From Sarea resinae (lineage: Eukaryota), in NCBI GenBank assembly GCA_026026165.1, contig JAPEUD010000017.1:186001-250000 (forward strand): a stretch of DNA of 64,000 nucleotides. The letters are read 5' to 3'. The position numbers were made by a program, and so were the translations under genes. Shown here piece by piece: positions 11,156 through 30,372 of this stretch (the first letter of the stretch is position 1; every line of letters starts with the position of its first letter). The notes beneath the pieces were generated by a model. The model saw only the letters and a program-made list of their open reading frames with translations, ran no database searches and was not told where the DNA came from.

Positions 11156-12392
11156 ATGGCGTCGAAGAAGGGAATTGTATCTTCATTTGTCGAAGGGGCG
11201 CCACCCGGGGAGGTATGTATAATCAGTCAGCGCGCCACCAGCGAAGCAAGCTTACTGACACCTTCCAGTTGTCGGATGTCCTGGCGGGTAAAGGAAGCCT
11301 TTTGTCAAGAAATCGTATATGATTTGGACTGAGAATCATCCTATAGATGTCAAGGTTCTTACCCTGAATGAGCCGAGTCTCCTCCAATCATTGGATACCG
11401 ATTGCGAGAAATACAATCAAGATCAATTCACAACCGTCAAGCTACCGGGAGCACATCGAGAGGTCAGACGGCGGCTTCAATCTAGCGTAGCTGTTTAAGC
11501 ACTCATCTCGCCATAGGTGATCATTAGCTCGTATAACAGGCTCGAGGACGGCAGATATTTTGACGTGGAAAGCCAGAGCTCGTTCAATGTCGACCATTCT
11601 ACCCAAGTCAGTTGAATCAAGTCCATCCTGAAAGGTTCGAATCACTAAGCACACCATCGAGCACAGAACGCTTCTGGGGTGCAATCATATGTTATAGAGT
11701 CTCAGTACTCTGATAACATGTGTGTAATCAATCCTGAAGAGTCCCTTCTTGTCGGCCCTGAGACTTTTAGCTAACGAGCTAACAGCAAATCGCTACTTAA
11801 ATCGTTGTCAACATACGCAAACGAGCATTATCCATACGCCTCTTATGGTGTTTATCCCATTGAGCACGATTCAGCCATTGCCATAGCTTTAGTTGCGAAC
11901 AAGTATAGCCCGAACAATTTCTGGTGAGCCTCAAATTCCAGTCCGGCTTGGAATGCTCCCGGTCCTCATATGAATGGCCATTAGGAACGGAAGATGGCGC
12001 TCTATATACACTTTTTTGCCCTCTAGCGGCTCTCTGAAAGGAAGTGTCAAGGTTGACGTGCACTATTACGAAGATGGCAACGTACGGCTCCTCACAGAGA
12101 AGCCCGTGTCGGTTTCGCTCAGTGCCTCTGCACGTGCTCCTGAGCTCATCCACCAGATCATGCGTGTAGAGAAGAAGTACCAAGAGGATCTCAACAAAGC
12201 TTTTGGCAGTTTGAGTGATGGTGCCTTCAAAGGTCTACGGAGACAGCTACCGATTACAAGGCAGAAGATAGAATGGGAAAAAATCAGCACTTATCGCGTA
12301 AGTAAATCATATCTCCGCATGTTTTTACACCCAGAAGACACTCATCTTTCGAATAGTTAGGACAAGACATAGGGGGAGGGAGAACACGGTAA
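11156..12392 (+). CDS. CAP1: F-actin capping protein subunit alpha; multi-exon
   Basis: MASKKGIVSSFVEGAPPGE, KYSPNNFW^NGRWRS, VDVHYYEDGNVRL, FKGLRRQLPITRQKIEWEK, YR^LGQDIGGG; GT-AG introns. Confidence 0.95.
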
Positions 12393-14575
12393 TCCCATTG
12401 CCTGTTTTAGCAGCCTAGTGAAGTTCTGGGTGCTAGGAATCGACCCACACTAAAGGCGTCAGGGAGTATCCGCATGGCATAAGTTAGTAGCGTGGCAGAC
12501 AATAAGTGAATATCAAGCCGTAGCTCTAGCCTCGAGGTATCAAAAGAGGAGCTCACTATCCATAGAGTGATCAATCTAGACATTTCAGGGAAGCTGTGGA
12601 AAGTGAATAGATGATGCTAAGATTCGACATAGTACCAGGAATGTAGGGCGGCGGGTCTATCATGACTGAAGAATCAAGCGACGAAGATACGAGATGAATT
12701 TATTTTATGTTCGTTGATTAAGAGGATTGATAGAATTCATTGATATTTGACTGAAAGTGTTTCTGCCAGTGGCATCCATCCGACGGCAAGTACTCCTTAA
12801 ACTGTACAAAGTGTTGAACTGTGTGAGTTGATTATCTAGCTACGGTAGGTGGGTGCGAGGCACACATAGGTAAGGTGCGGAGCTGACTAATCACATGACT
12901 AGGGCAGGTGCGAACACTGCAACACAAAGTACAGTAGAGAGTACTCCGCATACTTTCCATTATCTTATCTGAATCTTAGTCGTCAAGGTATTCCGGAGTA
13001 GTCAAGCAACCGATCATTCGAGCTCTATCATAAGTTAATTAGGTAATCTGACACCATGGCCCCATTTGATCATGCCATCCGTGATACCTTATTGACCTGA
13101 CTTTATTTGAACGGTGTTGAGAAAATATGTCATATACAAGTGCGGTGATGCTGTTGCTGTCTTTGTTGTCGTACTCTTTATCTCTACTATTGTCAAAGCA
13201 GCAGGCAGTCGCTGTTGTGTCAGAGAATAGGATATTCCTCAATAGTGTCCCAGAAGTGGGTACTCTGGGCCTAGACTGACATAAGATAGGTAATCGTATC
13301 TGGAATTGTAGAGAGTCCGGCATTATTCAGTCACCTATCCTTTTGCGTAGGGAGTGAAAAAGTGACACAGAGTAGGAAGCAGCAGCACAGATAAGATTAA
13401 AGTACCTATGTACTTCGTACGAAGTAGGTCCAGAGTAAGGTGTCGGACATCAAGCCAAAAGGGTAGCGCCCCCTTAAGGACTTGTTGATGCAATAATGTG
13501 AACACCGTGGACCTTATGTCGGAATACAATATGTAGACGAATTACAAGCGTCTATTATGTCCTTAATAGAATGTTTCTCTTATTATTGTGTTTAGTCAAT
13601 GCCTTGATATCTTTGAAACGTCCTTGTATAGGACAGCTGCTTTAGCTTTAGAGAGAGAGACTGTGAATATTAGAAGTGATAATGTGTCTAAGGCGCGGTA
13701 TCTCATTATAGACGATATTTATCTAGGCTATCAGTTGAAAGTATGTATCAGGACCTTTATCACGTACATTTACCTCAGTACGAGTATTCCTATACACCGT
13801 ACATACAATTATACTGCCAATGGTAATAGCTGTTCACATCGCTCGTGCTTGTACACTATCGTAATTGGGATCGTAGTATCAGTCTCCGCTTCTTCCATCC
13901 ATCCTTCCCGGCGCAACAACCTTGAAATGATCGTTTTGACTTGTTTGCTTGTCTTCCGGGTATCGGTACTCGTAGGGTACGACTTGGGCGGGCCAGCGTG
14001 GTAGCGACCCAAAGTAGGCACGAAGTACCTCATCAACAGTTGATCCGTTCAACAGCGTGTGAGGCTGGGAAATGGTCCCTCCTCTTTCCGGGCTCACCCT
14101 CGACTAGTACTAGCTCGGGTCAACTTCTCGTATCGATTCGGAACAATATTTCCCACAGACCTTCACACTACACCACCCGCTTGTACATCAATTTCCAGCT
14201 TGCCGTACATAGTCGTACTATCCAAGTATACTCCTCCGCTGTTACAATTGTGCGTTCTATCATTGGCCGTGTAGCGTGGTGATCTCCAACAACGCATCAA
14301 TTTCGAACCGCTTTTGCATTATAAATACCGAGTATTGCACTATTACGCGGAATTGATCGTCCAGAGTAGCGAGTAACCTAATGTACTTACTACCATAGGC
14401 TCTGGAATATCCATTGGTACTCGCACGTCTTACCCGACCAGGAACCCCTGCTTAGACTTCTCTACAACTCCAACACTCTTTCTTCAACTCGCCCAACACT
14501 TACATACCTTACCTTTCTCCGCAGCTTCTCTCTCAGTATCCATTCCTTCGTCTCCTCACGCCCGTTCTATCCACC

Positions 14576-15224
14576 ATGGCCGCTGCAAAGGAAATCACTT
14601 ACGCCGATGCCTCGAAGCACAACACGAGAAAATCACTCTACCTCGTGATCCATGACGGTGTCTACGATGCGACAGGATTCGTAGACGAGCATCCGTATGC
14701 CTCTTATTTCTTCTCTAGCCAGATTCCGATTCTCTGTGACATTACTCGGAGATCTCTTCATGTCTTTATGGGACATAGCTTGATTGCTGTCTCTATAACA
14801 CCTTGTCGCTCTATGACTAGATCTGGATTACTGTCCGTGCTTTGAGTGTTCAGAACTAATTATTTCTCTCAATAGTGGCGGTGAAGAAGTCCTCGAGGAT
14901 CTAGGTGGCCTAGATGCCACAGAAGCCTTCGAAGATGTCGGACACAGCGACGAAGCCCGCGAGACTCTGGAGACCCTGAGGATCGGTAACTTGAAGCGCG
15001 TGGTCAGTCCGGGATCTTATACTTTTTTGACTTAGTCGTGAATATCTACTGACAGCTGAGACGCGCAGGCGGGCGATGCTGCTCCCGCGGCTGTCAAACT
15101 TCAGTCAAAATCTAGTAAGGCCGATAGCACCGGCCTTGGTGTGGGACTGTATGCCCTCGTCCTGATCGGTGGCGCCTGCGCATTCGGCGCTTATAAATAC
15201 TTGCAAGCCAATTCGCAGCAATAA
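14576..15224 (+). CDS. CYB5: Cytochrome b5 (tail-anchored); 3 exons
   Basis: Heme motif EHP^[24 protein letters not shown]-terminal TM segment [19 protein letters not shown]. Confidence 0.95.
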
Positions 15225-15603
15225 ATTGATTAGGCGGGAAAGGGATAATTCGATAGCTGGAGCAATGGTGGAATATCTGGACATGGAGGTAAGGGCTCGA
15301 TAGAGACCTTTCTGGCGTCGCTCTCATGGGGCAACTAGCCCCCCCTGCAAGGAAGTCGGCATAGATCATCCAAGATTTCACTTCAGAAAATCATCTAGAA
15401 TGCCAGTCTATCTTTTCATCCAATATCGACAGTAGAATTATTTCACTATCGGAATGATACGCAGTGCATTGGAGCAGGATATCGTCACGCCATTGGTGTT
15501 CTACAAGTGCGATTGAGCCGTTTCAAAAAAAATAAAAAATTCACGCCACTTCAATCCGCTGTCGGGCGGGTCGTAAATCATTAGATCGATTGCTGAGGGC
15601 GGC

Positions 15604-17951
<2,348 letters not shown>

Positions 17952-19417
17952 GATCTTCGGTCGACTGACACTGTTCAGTCTCCGACTTGCACTGAGTAGG
18001 ATAGAACTTGATGCGAAACAATGACCACGAGGGACCCACAATGTATACCCAGAGTAGTATTGAAGTGTTAAGAGACTGGTGATAGCAAGGTCGGGCGTAG
18101 TCGTAATTGAGGATAACAGGTAGGTAGGTAGGTAGGTGGGTAGGTATATACGTATAGTGGTAGGTAAAGGCAGAGTTACGTAGGTGTTAAGCGGTCCTAG
18201 AGTACCTAAGGTAAGGTAGCCAGAAGTCTGCGTCTGGCCGCCAATGCTCTACTAAAAATTATAGCATTTTAATTCGTTGTAAAATCACCGAATAACACCC
18301 AGCACACTGCTTTTGATCTTGTTACAAAAATTATTACAAACAATCATGAGCTCGCTTTTCAGGCAATAGAAACAGCGGAGCTGCTAGAGAAAATCAGATC
18401 AAGTTGCATCAGTATTGTCTAGGCACTTTTACATATCAAGCTGGTGTGCATCTACGAATACTCGAGATCTGGACGCAGACTTCTGGCCCGCCACTACACC
18501 TTAGGTATTACTTTCCTACCGATCAGCCCTGGAGGTACTCGCTGAGCCGCTCATAGCGTGACGAGCAGGAACTCCCTGTAATACACTCCTTGGGTACGGA
18601 GTAGACCAATCGAAATGGGGGAAATTATCTTCGTATACTCGACGTATGACCACATACTCGACCTCCGGTACCACTATTTAGTACAACGGTTACTCCGTAC
18701 ATCAGACAATACTACTTCCTCTTTACAGTATTTTCGAGAATAAATTATCAAGGGCAGCAATAACGCCGCCTATAAGTGCACCGTGCGCAAATTCACACGA
18801 GAGCTCACTTTAGGCAGAGATCGAAAGTCTAAAAGATTCAATAGGCGGACAAGATATTGTATGGAAGTTGAAATCGTCCACTTTCCTCATTTCCCCTACT
18901 CGTGATCAGGCGTATTTCCGAAAGCTCTCACATAAAGACGCCTCGAAAAAGCATGCGATGAGACGAAAGCCAATACAGTGTGAGCGAGAATCATGCAAGA
19001 CATCAACCATTCAAACCATTTGCAAGCCATGCCCTTCCACGTCCGTCAAAAATCTCTCTATGACAACTTGCGTTTTAGCGAAACGCAGAAAGCGGTCCAC
19101 AAAGTGTTCTCGAGGCCAGTTCTTCGACTCCAGAGGCGTGCATATATCGCCGAATTGAGATGTCAATAAGAGACATCCAACAACAAAAGATCCGAAGTGC
19201 GCCACAGCTCGCAAGCTCGGTTGAACGCTAGAAATGAAACATAATGTGAGCCCTACCTTCCGGAACAACGAGATACATGCAAGGAAATATGACAGTTTTG
19301 CGCCTTTGGACTTATGGTGTCGAAGTCCTTCCTGGATAGAAAAGTCGTCAGTGTGAGTAAAGCTTGGCTTCAGTGACCGTGCGCGGAGTAGAGCCCCAAA
19401 ATTCAGCAATGAAGTAT

Positions 19418-22280
<2,863 letters not shown>

Positions 22281-23449
22281 TTCCAAAACAAGATGATCGT
22301 TTGATTATTCGAGAGCTGTTCTCTGCTACCACCAAGGGCCAAGTACGGGCGAGGGTGCACCGAAAGACCAGTGGACTGACGACTATGACGTGGATGCACT
22401 CGATGAAGTTGAACAAGGGAGAGAATCGAAAGCTGATGATCGCGCACGGCGGACGCGGACAAGCGTCTTGTCTCGGCTGGAATTCGTGTGCAGTGTGCAT
22501 GCAAACAATGTCGATTGATGATGGCAATGCGAGTCGGTCGAGGTGAAGAGGAGAGCTGCTTTCACTGCCAGGTAGAAGAGGATACTACTCGTACTGCCTG
22601 TGACCCTGGTGTGGCAGTGAAAGGTACGCAGTAATCGTTAGTAGTAGAGTAGTGGTGTACTCCGGAGTAGTAGGCGTAGACGTAGGTACTACGAAGTAGG
22701 GAAGGCCAGTAGGCTGGAAGGCAGGTATCCGTAATTCTAGGAATGATAAGAGAGTGGAGAGTATGAAGTAGGTAGAGTTTCCGTACATCGAAGACTCCGC
22801 AAGTACCTGCTTGAGTTATGTGCGAGGGGTTGTTGTGGATCCGTTTGAGAATTGGGATTAGCCTTGGCGACCTGGGCTCCAGTGGTCGCAATTTATTCGC
22901 GTGCGCGAAAAGGCCAATGGCGCTGGCAAGGACCCTGGCGTGAGACATGGCTTACGATTGTGGGGAGAGTCAAGGCATGACCTTAATGCGAAAAGAATAC
23001 CCACCTTGCCTGAGGGCTTACATTTTACCGAGACAATGCAGATAAAGTACTCCGAGTACGAAGCCCGAGTACTGCTGGTGAGGTTGATATCTTTGATACT
23101 ATTGTAGAAGTCTAGTGAGGACACTTCAAGAGTTTGAATTGTAAAAGTGTGGTGGTCTGATCGAAGTGCAGTGGTGATTTGGTGAAGACGAAACTTTGAT
23201 ATGTAGGAGGTGATTTCAGTACTTCTTGTGGAATCCTAAATTACTGGGGTACGCGAAGGACAGTGGGCGCTGTGCTAGCTCAGGTAGGTATTGTGTACGA
23301 AGTACTTGATACGCTCTCTTACTCGCAGTAGGTACAAGTACAGAACCTTAAATGTCGAGGCAGGCGTCTCACCAACTCTATTTGCTTGACGTGACTGACT
23401 GAGATACATCTGTAAGGTACTACCTTTACAGAGCAACACGTTCTAAGTC

Positions 23450-24028
23450 TGTTGATTAGAAACACTGCAAGGTAATAGGCAGAATAGATATAGTATATTA
23501 GGCCTAATTAGTGTGAACTTCCTATACTGTTCTTATACTACTAATCTGTTATACTTGAAATTATACTTTAAACACTTAGAGTCTAGTAGTAATTACTATA
23601 CCTAAGGTTAGTTAGTAAATTCCTAATAATTATACCTCTTTATATTAAAAGCAATAGCTTTTACTTAGTAGTCTTAGCTTATCTATAAAGAGATAAATAT
23701 AGTAAAGTTAATAGATACTTATACAAAAAATTATTAAGGTTTCTAGCTTAGAGTAAAGTAATGCCTTATTTTATAAGGTACTATAGATAATAATTTTCTA
23801 GTAACCTATAGCTTAGGTAGAGACTACCTTACCCTAAGGTACTTTAAGTACAAGGAGTAAAGAGAGTAAAACAGTCTCTAATTAGGTATTTAAGCGAGAC
23901 TACTAGGTACCTTAGGTATCTTCTCTTAGAGTTGTGTACAGAGTAGACACCTAGGAGACCTCGCTAAATTTAAGTTGTAAGTTAACTGTACTCTGTATCT
24001 CTAGTATCTATTTGCTCTAAGAATAACA
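23450..24028. mobile_element. AT-rich RIP-type relic, possibly a solo LTR
   Basis: Sharp AT/TpA-rich block, TGTTGATT...AATAACA ends; flanks AGTC/AGTA are only an imperfect target-site duplication. Confidence 0.5.
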
Positions 24029-24937
24029 AGTACCTTACAGAGCTGTCCAGTGCCAGAATGTACCTGGTACATTTAATACTTATTAGTACAAGGTATTCTG
24101 CACTTGAGGACGGCCTTTAGCATTCCTAGTAGAGGGGATCGATATAAAGTCTCATGCGATAAGTGTAAAAGCATTGGATATATATTAGAACGGCAATAGC
24201 TAAAGTACCCCAAAGTGTAGAAGACAGCTCAGGCCACTCCTCTATGCAGACAGAACCTATGAAGGTACGCTGATACAGGTCTGCCAAGGTCGCCCGTACC
24301 GGGAACTATACTTACCTTAGGTACCTAACCTACTGTAAAGTACCTCATCGTTTTTGACTACCCGGTAGGTACTTCGCACTACACCTTAATAGGTACTACG
24401 TCTGCCTCACTGTACGGACCTCGTACTTCGTACTTCGCACTTCGAAACTCTACCAGCTTCCACCACTTCCCCATAACTCGCAAGTCATAACTGGCCTCAT
24501 TCGTTCGCCGTCATTGTTCAACTCGTTCATCTTCAGTCACCTTCGCTGTTCACCTCATTATTCCTAACCTCACTTCACCTATTTACTTATAGCTCGCGGC
24601 GAGTCTGATCTCTCTATCAGAGTCCCCTTGAAAAGTTCATAGACCCAGATATACCATACATCGACCACCCAATATGTTCTAAAAGTGTCTCAAAAATTAC
24701 TGTGCAATTCCTGAACACAATCTAGACAGCCTCTTAAGGACACTGGTCAGAAATCTCATTCATATCGGCACTACTCATGGATAGCGGCACTAACGACACA
24801 TTGATAGAGCACCGCCTTCACTGCTCCTGAGTCCTCCGGTCTCATCAATCTGTTCGAGCAGCATCAATAAATTGCCTGGAACTATCCTAGCCCTACGTCA
24901 TTCTCTTTCACTTTCTCTTGAAGTCTTGATCGGAAAT

Positions 24938-27900
24938 ATGGCAGCAAATACCACTATGAGTCCGGGCCGCTCATTAGTAGAGGATTTGACCCCAGCCGAG
25001 CAGCTTCGTAGGAAGCATGCGGCGGATGAGGCTCATCGGGCAAGCATCGAAGATGCAATTGACGAAGAGGATATCCTGCATCCGCCACCTTCTGCGGGTC
25101 TGAAATCTCAATTTCCAGAGAGTATCCCACAACATCCATCGGAGCCCAGTGAGACTCTCTCAGCGAAGGCAGTCGGCAAGCACAAACCTTCGGAGCCATC
25201 CACTGGCAGCCAGCCTATGCGTGAGAAGGAATTGAATTCCTTGAACACTCAGTCGGATGAAATGTTCCCTTCACTGGGGGGCGGACCACAGCCTCGAGCT
25301 GCAGCTCCGATAGCTGCTGCATGGGGCTCCAGAAAGGTTCCATCAATGGGGAACGCTGTAGTGAATGGTGCAACCAATGGTTATGTTAGGGAACTGCCAA
25401 ATTCGAGCAGTCCTTCTTCTCGGGCTTCAACACCTATATCCGGTGCTCTCACGCCTGGCGCCAGCACTACCTCCACTCTGCCGCCAAGCCAGCAACATTC
25501 GGTCAGGGGTCCAACTCCACAGGCGATGTCCTTGCCGGGCAGGCACACCGAGCGCATTCAATTTGCCCCATCTCAGCTTCTTCCTCGAGGCCAGCTGAAA
25601 AAGCCCGTTCAGGATGTGCTTCGAGACATCAATAAGAGGTCAAAGGCTACTGTGGAAATGAAGCCAGGCCCGGGAGGAATCGTGATATTTGAAGGTCGAG
25701 GTCCTGTCGAGGCAGTCCGTCAAGCGTTGAAGGATGTAGCTGGGCATCTGGGTTCCAAGGTAGATTCGCTTGTGGCTCCTGAGTATATCTATACGTGCCT
25801 GCTAACACTTCAAAGCAATCTATCAAAGTCCCAATTCCCGCTTCTGTTCGTCCCCATATCATTGGCCGGCAAGGTACAGTTGTGCAAGCGATTTCCCAGA
25901 AGACAGGCGCTCGCATTCAGGTCCCTAGACCCGACGAATCAACGTTGCCTTCAGATCTTGATGATAGTGCGACGATCGATGTCTCGATCGAGGGCGACGC
26001 AGTGGCTGCTGAAATGGCAAGGCGGGAGATCGAAGCAATCGTTAACGAGCGTACTTCGACTGTGAATATGCGTTTGAAAGATATTCCCGCCGAATTTTAT
26101 CCGTTCATTGCTGGCGCACATGATTCTCGGATTAACGCGATGGAAGAAGGCCGGGATTTGCGAATAAGGGTTCCATATTATCACACTTGGACAAACCAAC
26201 CTCCTCCTCAAGTGCCAAGTCCGGACCAAGTACCAGCCTTTGTCGCACATGAAAACGACCCTATTCAGCTCTCTGGTGATCGCCATGCTGTACAGGAAGC
26301 CAGAGCTGAGATTGAGCGACAAGTCCAGGACCTTCGACGACAGATGACCCTGTCGCAGCTCCCTATTAATCGAGGTCAACATCAGTTTATTGTAGGCGAA
26401 AGAGGCAGCTCTTTGCACACCTTTTTAGAAGAGACCGGCTGTGCTGTTGTTCTACCTCCCGACTCCGACAACACAGAGATGATAACAATCATTGGTCCTC
26501 CTGACAAGATCGAGAGTGGCATCAACAGGGCTATGGACCTTGCAACAAGCATGCAAGGGGCTAGTGTGGACATATCGAGGCAACATCCCAATGCACCTGT
26601 GGGATCTCAGAATTATGCACGAAACCTCACTCGATACTTGCGCCAACGGCACGTAGTCGAGAAACTAGAGCGACTCTACGATGCCCACATTGTTCTTCCC
26701 ACTTCCCAGGAGGGACCTGTAGCTTGGGAGGTCTACTCGCGAGATGGCAAGAACACTATTCGTGCTCGATCAGATATCATAAATCTAATCAATGGGCACC
26801 CACCTGCAAGGCTTACGCAGGTGGACGTTGATCCTTTCTATCATGAACATCTCCAACGCAACATTTCCGAACAAATTCAGCAGAAATTTGGAGTGCATAT
26901 GGTTTTCCCAGAGCAGTCGGGGGAACTTCCGCAAGTGCTGCTTGTGTATGAAGGTCCATCTGCTTCCGCGTCAGACTATGAACTTCCTAGAACCCAACCG
27001 TCCTCAGCTGAAGCGAAACAATTTGAAGTTGCGCTCGGACAAGCTCGCAAGCAACTACTTGACTTAATTAGCGACCAGCAGGTGGTTACAAAGAACGTTG
27101 ATGTTCCCAAGAAGTACGTGCAGGATCTGTGCCATACGTCTCTTTTGCTGACATTAGAGTAAAGGTTTCACGAAAAGTTTCAGAAGTTTGTCAATCGTGA
27201 ACAGCTGAACCACGCAGCGGATGAGATACCAGTCCAAGTCCTGATCAGCCACCCAAGGAATGCCCATAGCGATCCGCGCGCCCAGCATCCGACTTCTGAG
27301 CCAATGACGACTGAGAGTTTCGTCCTACGTGGCCTCACTGACAGTGTCGATGCCATGGAGAAAAAGGTAATCGCGTTCGTTTCAAAGGAAATCGAAAATG
27401 AGCGCGAGAGAGGGTACACTATAACCTTCGACTACCCGCAAAAGTTCGCAAATTTCCTCATCGGTAAGAAAGGAGAAACAATTAGGAAATACCGAGAGGA
27501 GTTCGATGTCGACATTCAAGTAAATGACGGTAAAGTCGAGATAAAGGGACCTAAGGCACAAGCTGAAGCTGCCAAATCACGAATTATTGCTCTGGGAAAG
27601 AAACTTGAGGACGAGGCGACGCATGTCCTTAGAATTAAGCCCCAATATCACCGTGATCTCATTGGCCCGAAAGGGAGTCAAGTCAACAGGCTGCAAGATA
27701 GGTATAGCGTGCGAGTCAACTTCCCTCGATCAACTCCAATTCATGATGACCAATCTACGACCGATGCAACGAGTGATGCGGGGACTGGGATAAAGACTAA
27801 CCGCCCCGCACAAGGTCCAGACGAAGTTATTATCAGAGGCCCAAGAAAAGGGGCAGACGAGGCTAGGGACGAACTATTGAACCTTCTTCAATGGACTATT

Positions 27901-29240
27901 GACCACTCTCACATGGCGACAGTATCTGTAGCTCAGTCTCAGATTCCGTCACTTATTGGCCAAGGTGGGCGAGAAATGGAAAATATGAGAATGAGCACAG
28001 GCGCTCAGATTGATGTGCCCGGTCTGAGAGATGGCAATACTACTTCAGGGAGAGCTGAGATAAAGCTCAAAGGGACTAAGAAGCAAGTGGAAGATGCAAA
28101 GAAACTCCTAGAGGAGAGAGCCAAGATTTTTGACGAAAGCATTACTCGGACGCTTTCTGTGGACAAGAAGTACCATAAGGCACTCATTGGCGGTGGTGGT
28201 AAGATTGACTATTCTATTACCCTTCCCCATTTATGACTACTAACAGTACTACAGGGGCGAATATTCGCAAAATTGTTGTTGATGCGGGCGGACCTGACGA
28301 CCGACGAGAGCTAGCCCGAATGGTCCGCTTCCCCAGGCACGAATCCGACGATAATACTGTTCGTATCGAGGGTAATAAGGCAGTCGTTGAGAAGATAGTC
28401 GCTGCTATCGAAGCCATCGTCAATGAACGAGAAAACCAAGTGTCGGAAACGGTAGATGTGGCGCAGGAGAAACATCGGCTGCTGATTGGCCGTGGTGGCG
28501 AAACCAGACGGAATCTTGAGTCTCAATTCAACGTCAACATCGAGATTCCCAAGCAGTCCTCAACTGGTGCCACTGGATTGGGAATAAGAATTACAGGCCA
28601 GCCTGCTAACGTGACCGACGCGAAGGCACACATACTCAATATGGTCAAGGACCAAGAAGGAGAGACTATTATTATCCCGCGTCTTCTACATCATGCAGTT
28701 TCGGACAACAGCCAGATTTTTCGACGCTTGAGAAATGATTTGAAAGTAACCGTCGACCATGCTGGGCAACAGCCTCCGCCAAAGGCGACCTCTGAAAGCG
28801 CTCGTTCACGAGTCAAGGGCGGTGCCCTACCCCTGATAACAGATGACGACGGTATCGTCGATAACTACTCATGGGAGGTCCAAGATATAGGTGATGACTC
28901 TGGCGTGGCGGGAGAAATTCCTTGGGTCCTTCGCGGTTCCGCAGAGAATGTGGCAAAGGCTCGAGCCATTATCGAGAAGGCCCTGCAGCGAGTACAGCAC
29001 CAGTCATCAACTGGATACTTAATCCTGCCCGACCCCCGTACCTATCGATTAGTCGTGGGACCTGGCGGCTCGCAGATCAACGCGATCAGGAAGCAGACCG
29101 GATGTAAAGTCACCGTGCCAAGAGATCAAGCGAAAGGAGAAGCTATCGAAATTCAAGGCAGTCGGGATGGAGTGGAGGAAGCGAAAGATATCATCCTCAG
29201 CCTAGTCAATAAGGGCGAAAATGGGGAGGCGAAGCGCTGA
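24938..29240 (+). CDS. SCP160: Multi-KH-domain RNA-binding protein Scp160/vigilin; 4 exons
   Basis: Repeated KH GxxG loops (IIGRQG, IVGERG, LIGKKG, LIGPKG, LIGQGG, LIGRGG, VVGPGG) across four ORF blocks joined by short introns. Confidence 0.93.
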
Positions 29241-29668
29241 AAGGTTGACAGCCTGGACTCGTATAGGATGGGAAATGTAAAGTGTAAATTGATGTTGCGC
29301 ATGTGTAACCATGTTCACGCGCAAAGCCGTCTCTGGACAAAATGGTCTTGGATTGCATCGATGTGCGTCCACTACTATGCATGCTTTATAGCAGTCTCCA
29401 GAGTAGAGTAATGAATCCAGGAAAACCAAGCTACTTATCAACGAGAATTGTAAAACGATCGTACATGAGATATAATTCAGATCAAGCAGGAGCTCGGATG
29501 ATATTATTGTTATCGTCTTTGGCGACAACGACTTGGGAGCTATTTCATGATCTTAAAAGGATTCAACAACGGTCGAAGGGTATTATGCGAGGATTCTTTC
29601 GCGAATAAAGCGTGATAAACAAGGAAGACCATGACATCAATCGTGGCATACAATAATCGCCCGCCGTT

Positions 29669-30372
29669 CTAAACATCCGGTGGCATGTTAAATTCTTTAA
29701 GCTCTTGCTCCAGAAAAGCGCCCAGTGCTTCAGCTTTCAGCTTCAAAATATGTAAAGCTCCCAATCTGAGGTCCCTTTCACGCTGTGATTCTTCTTTTCG
29801 ACTATTCTCCACTGACGTCTGGTAGTTCGTGTCGAAAATGTCGGGTTTGGTGGCAGAGCCCGAAGTTGAGCTGCTGTCGATTGCGTTCAAGGTTGGGTCG
29901 ACCGAAACATCGGGTTCAGGCTCCCTCTCCGAGACCATCGCCGATATAGAATTACCCAAGCCAGGCTTATATTTGGGACCAATGAGGCCCAGAAGAAGCT
30001 GAGGACGTATCTCACGAACAACGAGGTTCACGTCTCGAAGCTCAATGGTCAAGACTCCAAGGTCTTTGTGGGTGCTAGTGGATATAGCACCAAACTCGTT
30101 TTCAGAGAGTGCACCATGTATAATCCCTGCAGTGGCGACTGCAGCATACTGCTGCCAAATTGAGCCTGCGAGGGCAACCTGGTTGCGAAGAGCTCGTACG
30201 TTGGCCGGTGATGAATTTGCCACTAATAGACCGGAGGGTGTGAACATGCTTGTTTGTGTTAGAGTCTAATTCCGCAGCGGAGAGAGCTGAACGAAGGGAC
30301 ACACAAAATCGTTGGATGTAAGGGGGCAGTGTTCTGGGTGAACAGTCTGTTGATGTTCTTTGACTTCAGCAT
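29669..30372 (-). CDS. Ragulator LAMTOR2 / Ego3(Slm4)-like roadblock protein; 2 exons
   Basis: MLKSKNINRLFTQ..MFTPSGLLVA..ALAGSIWQQY and the C-terminal LHILKLKAEALGAFLEQEL resemble LAMTOR2 (MLRPKALTQVL..EGSLLAY..AIASNIW..Y; GMLKAKAQALVQYLEEPL). Intron ~30250-30304. Confidence 0.7.

Noticed and set aside
12425..12455. tRNA T-loop-like string (GGGTCGATTCC on the minus strand)
   Set aside because: Lacks the GTTCRA consensus and any cloverleaf; lies in the CAP1 3' UTR. No tRNA or rRNA gene was recognised in the window.
13039..14282. Several short ORFs between CAP1 and CYB5
   Set aside because: No recognisable domains, mostly non-ATG starts, no consistent exon chain; could be a decayed relic but cannot be supported.
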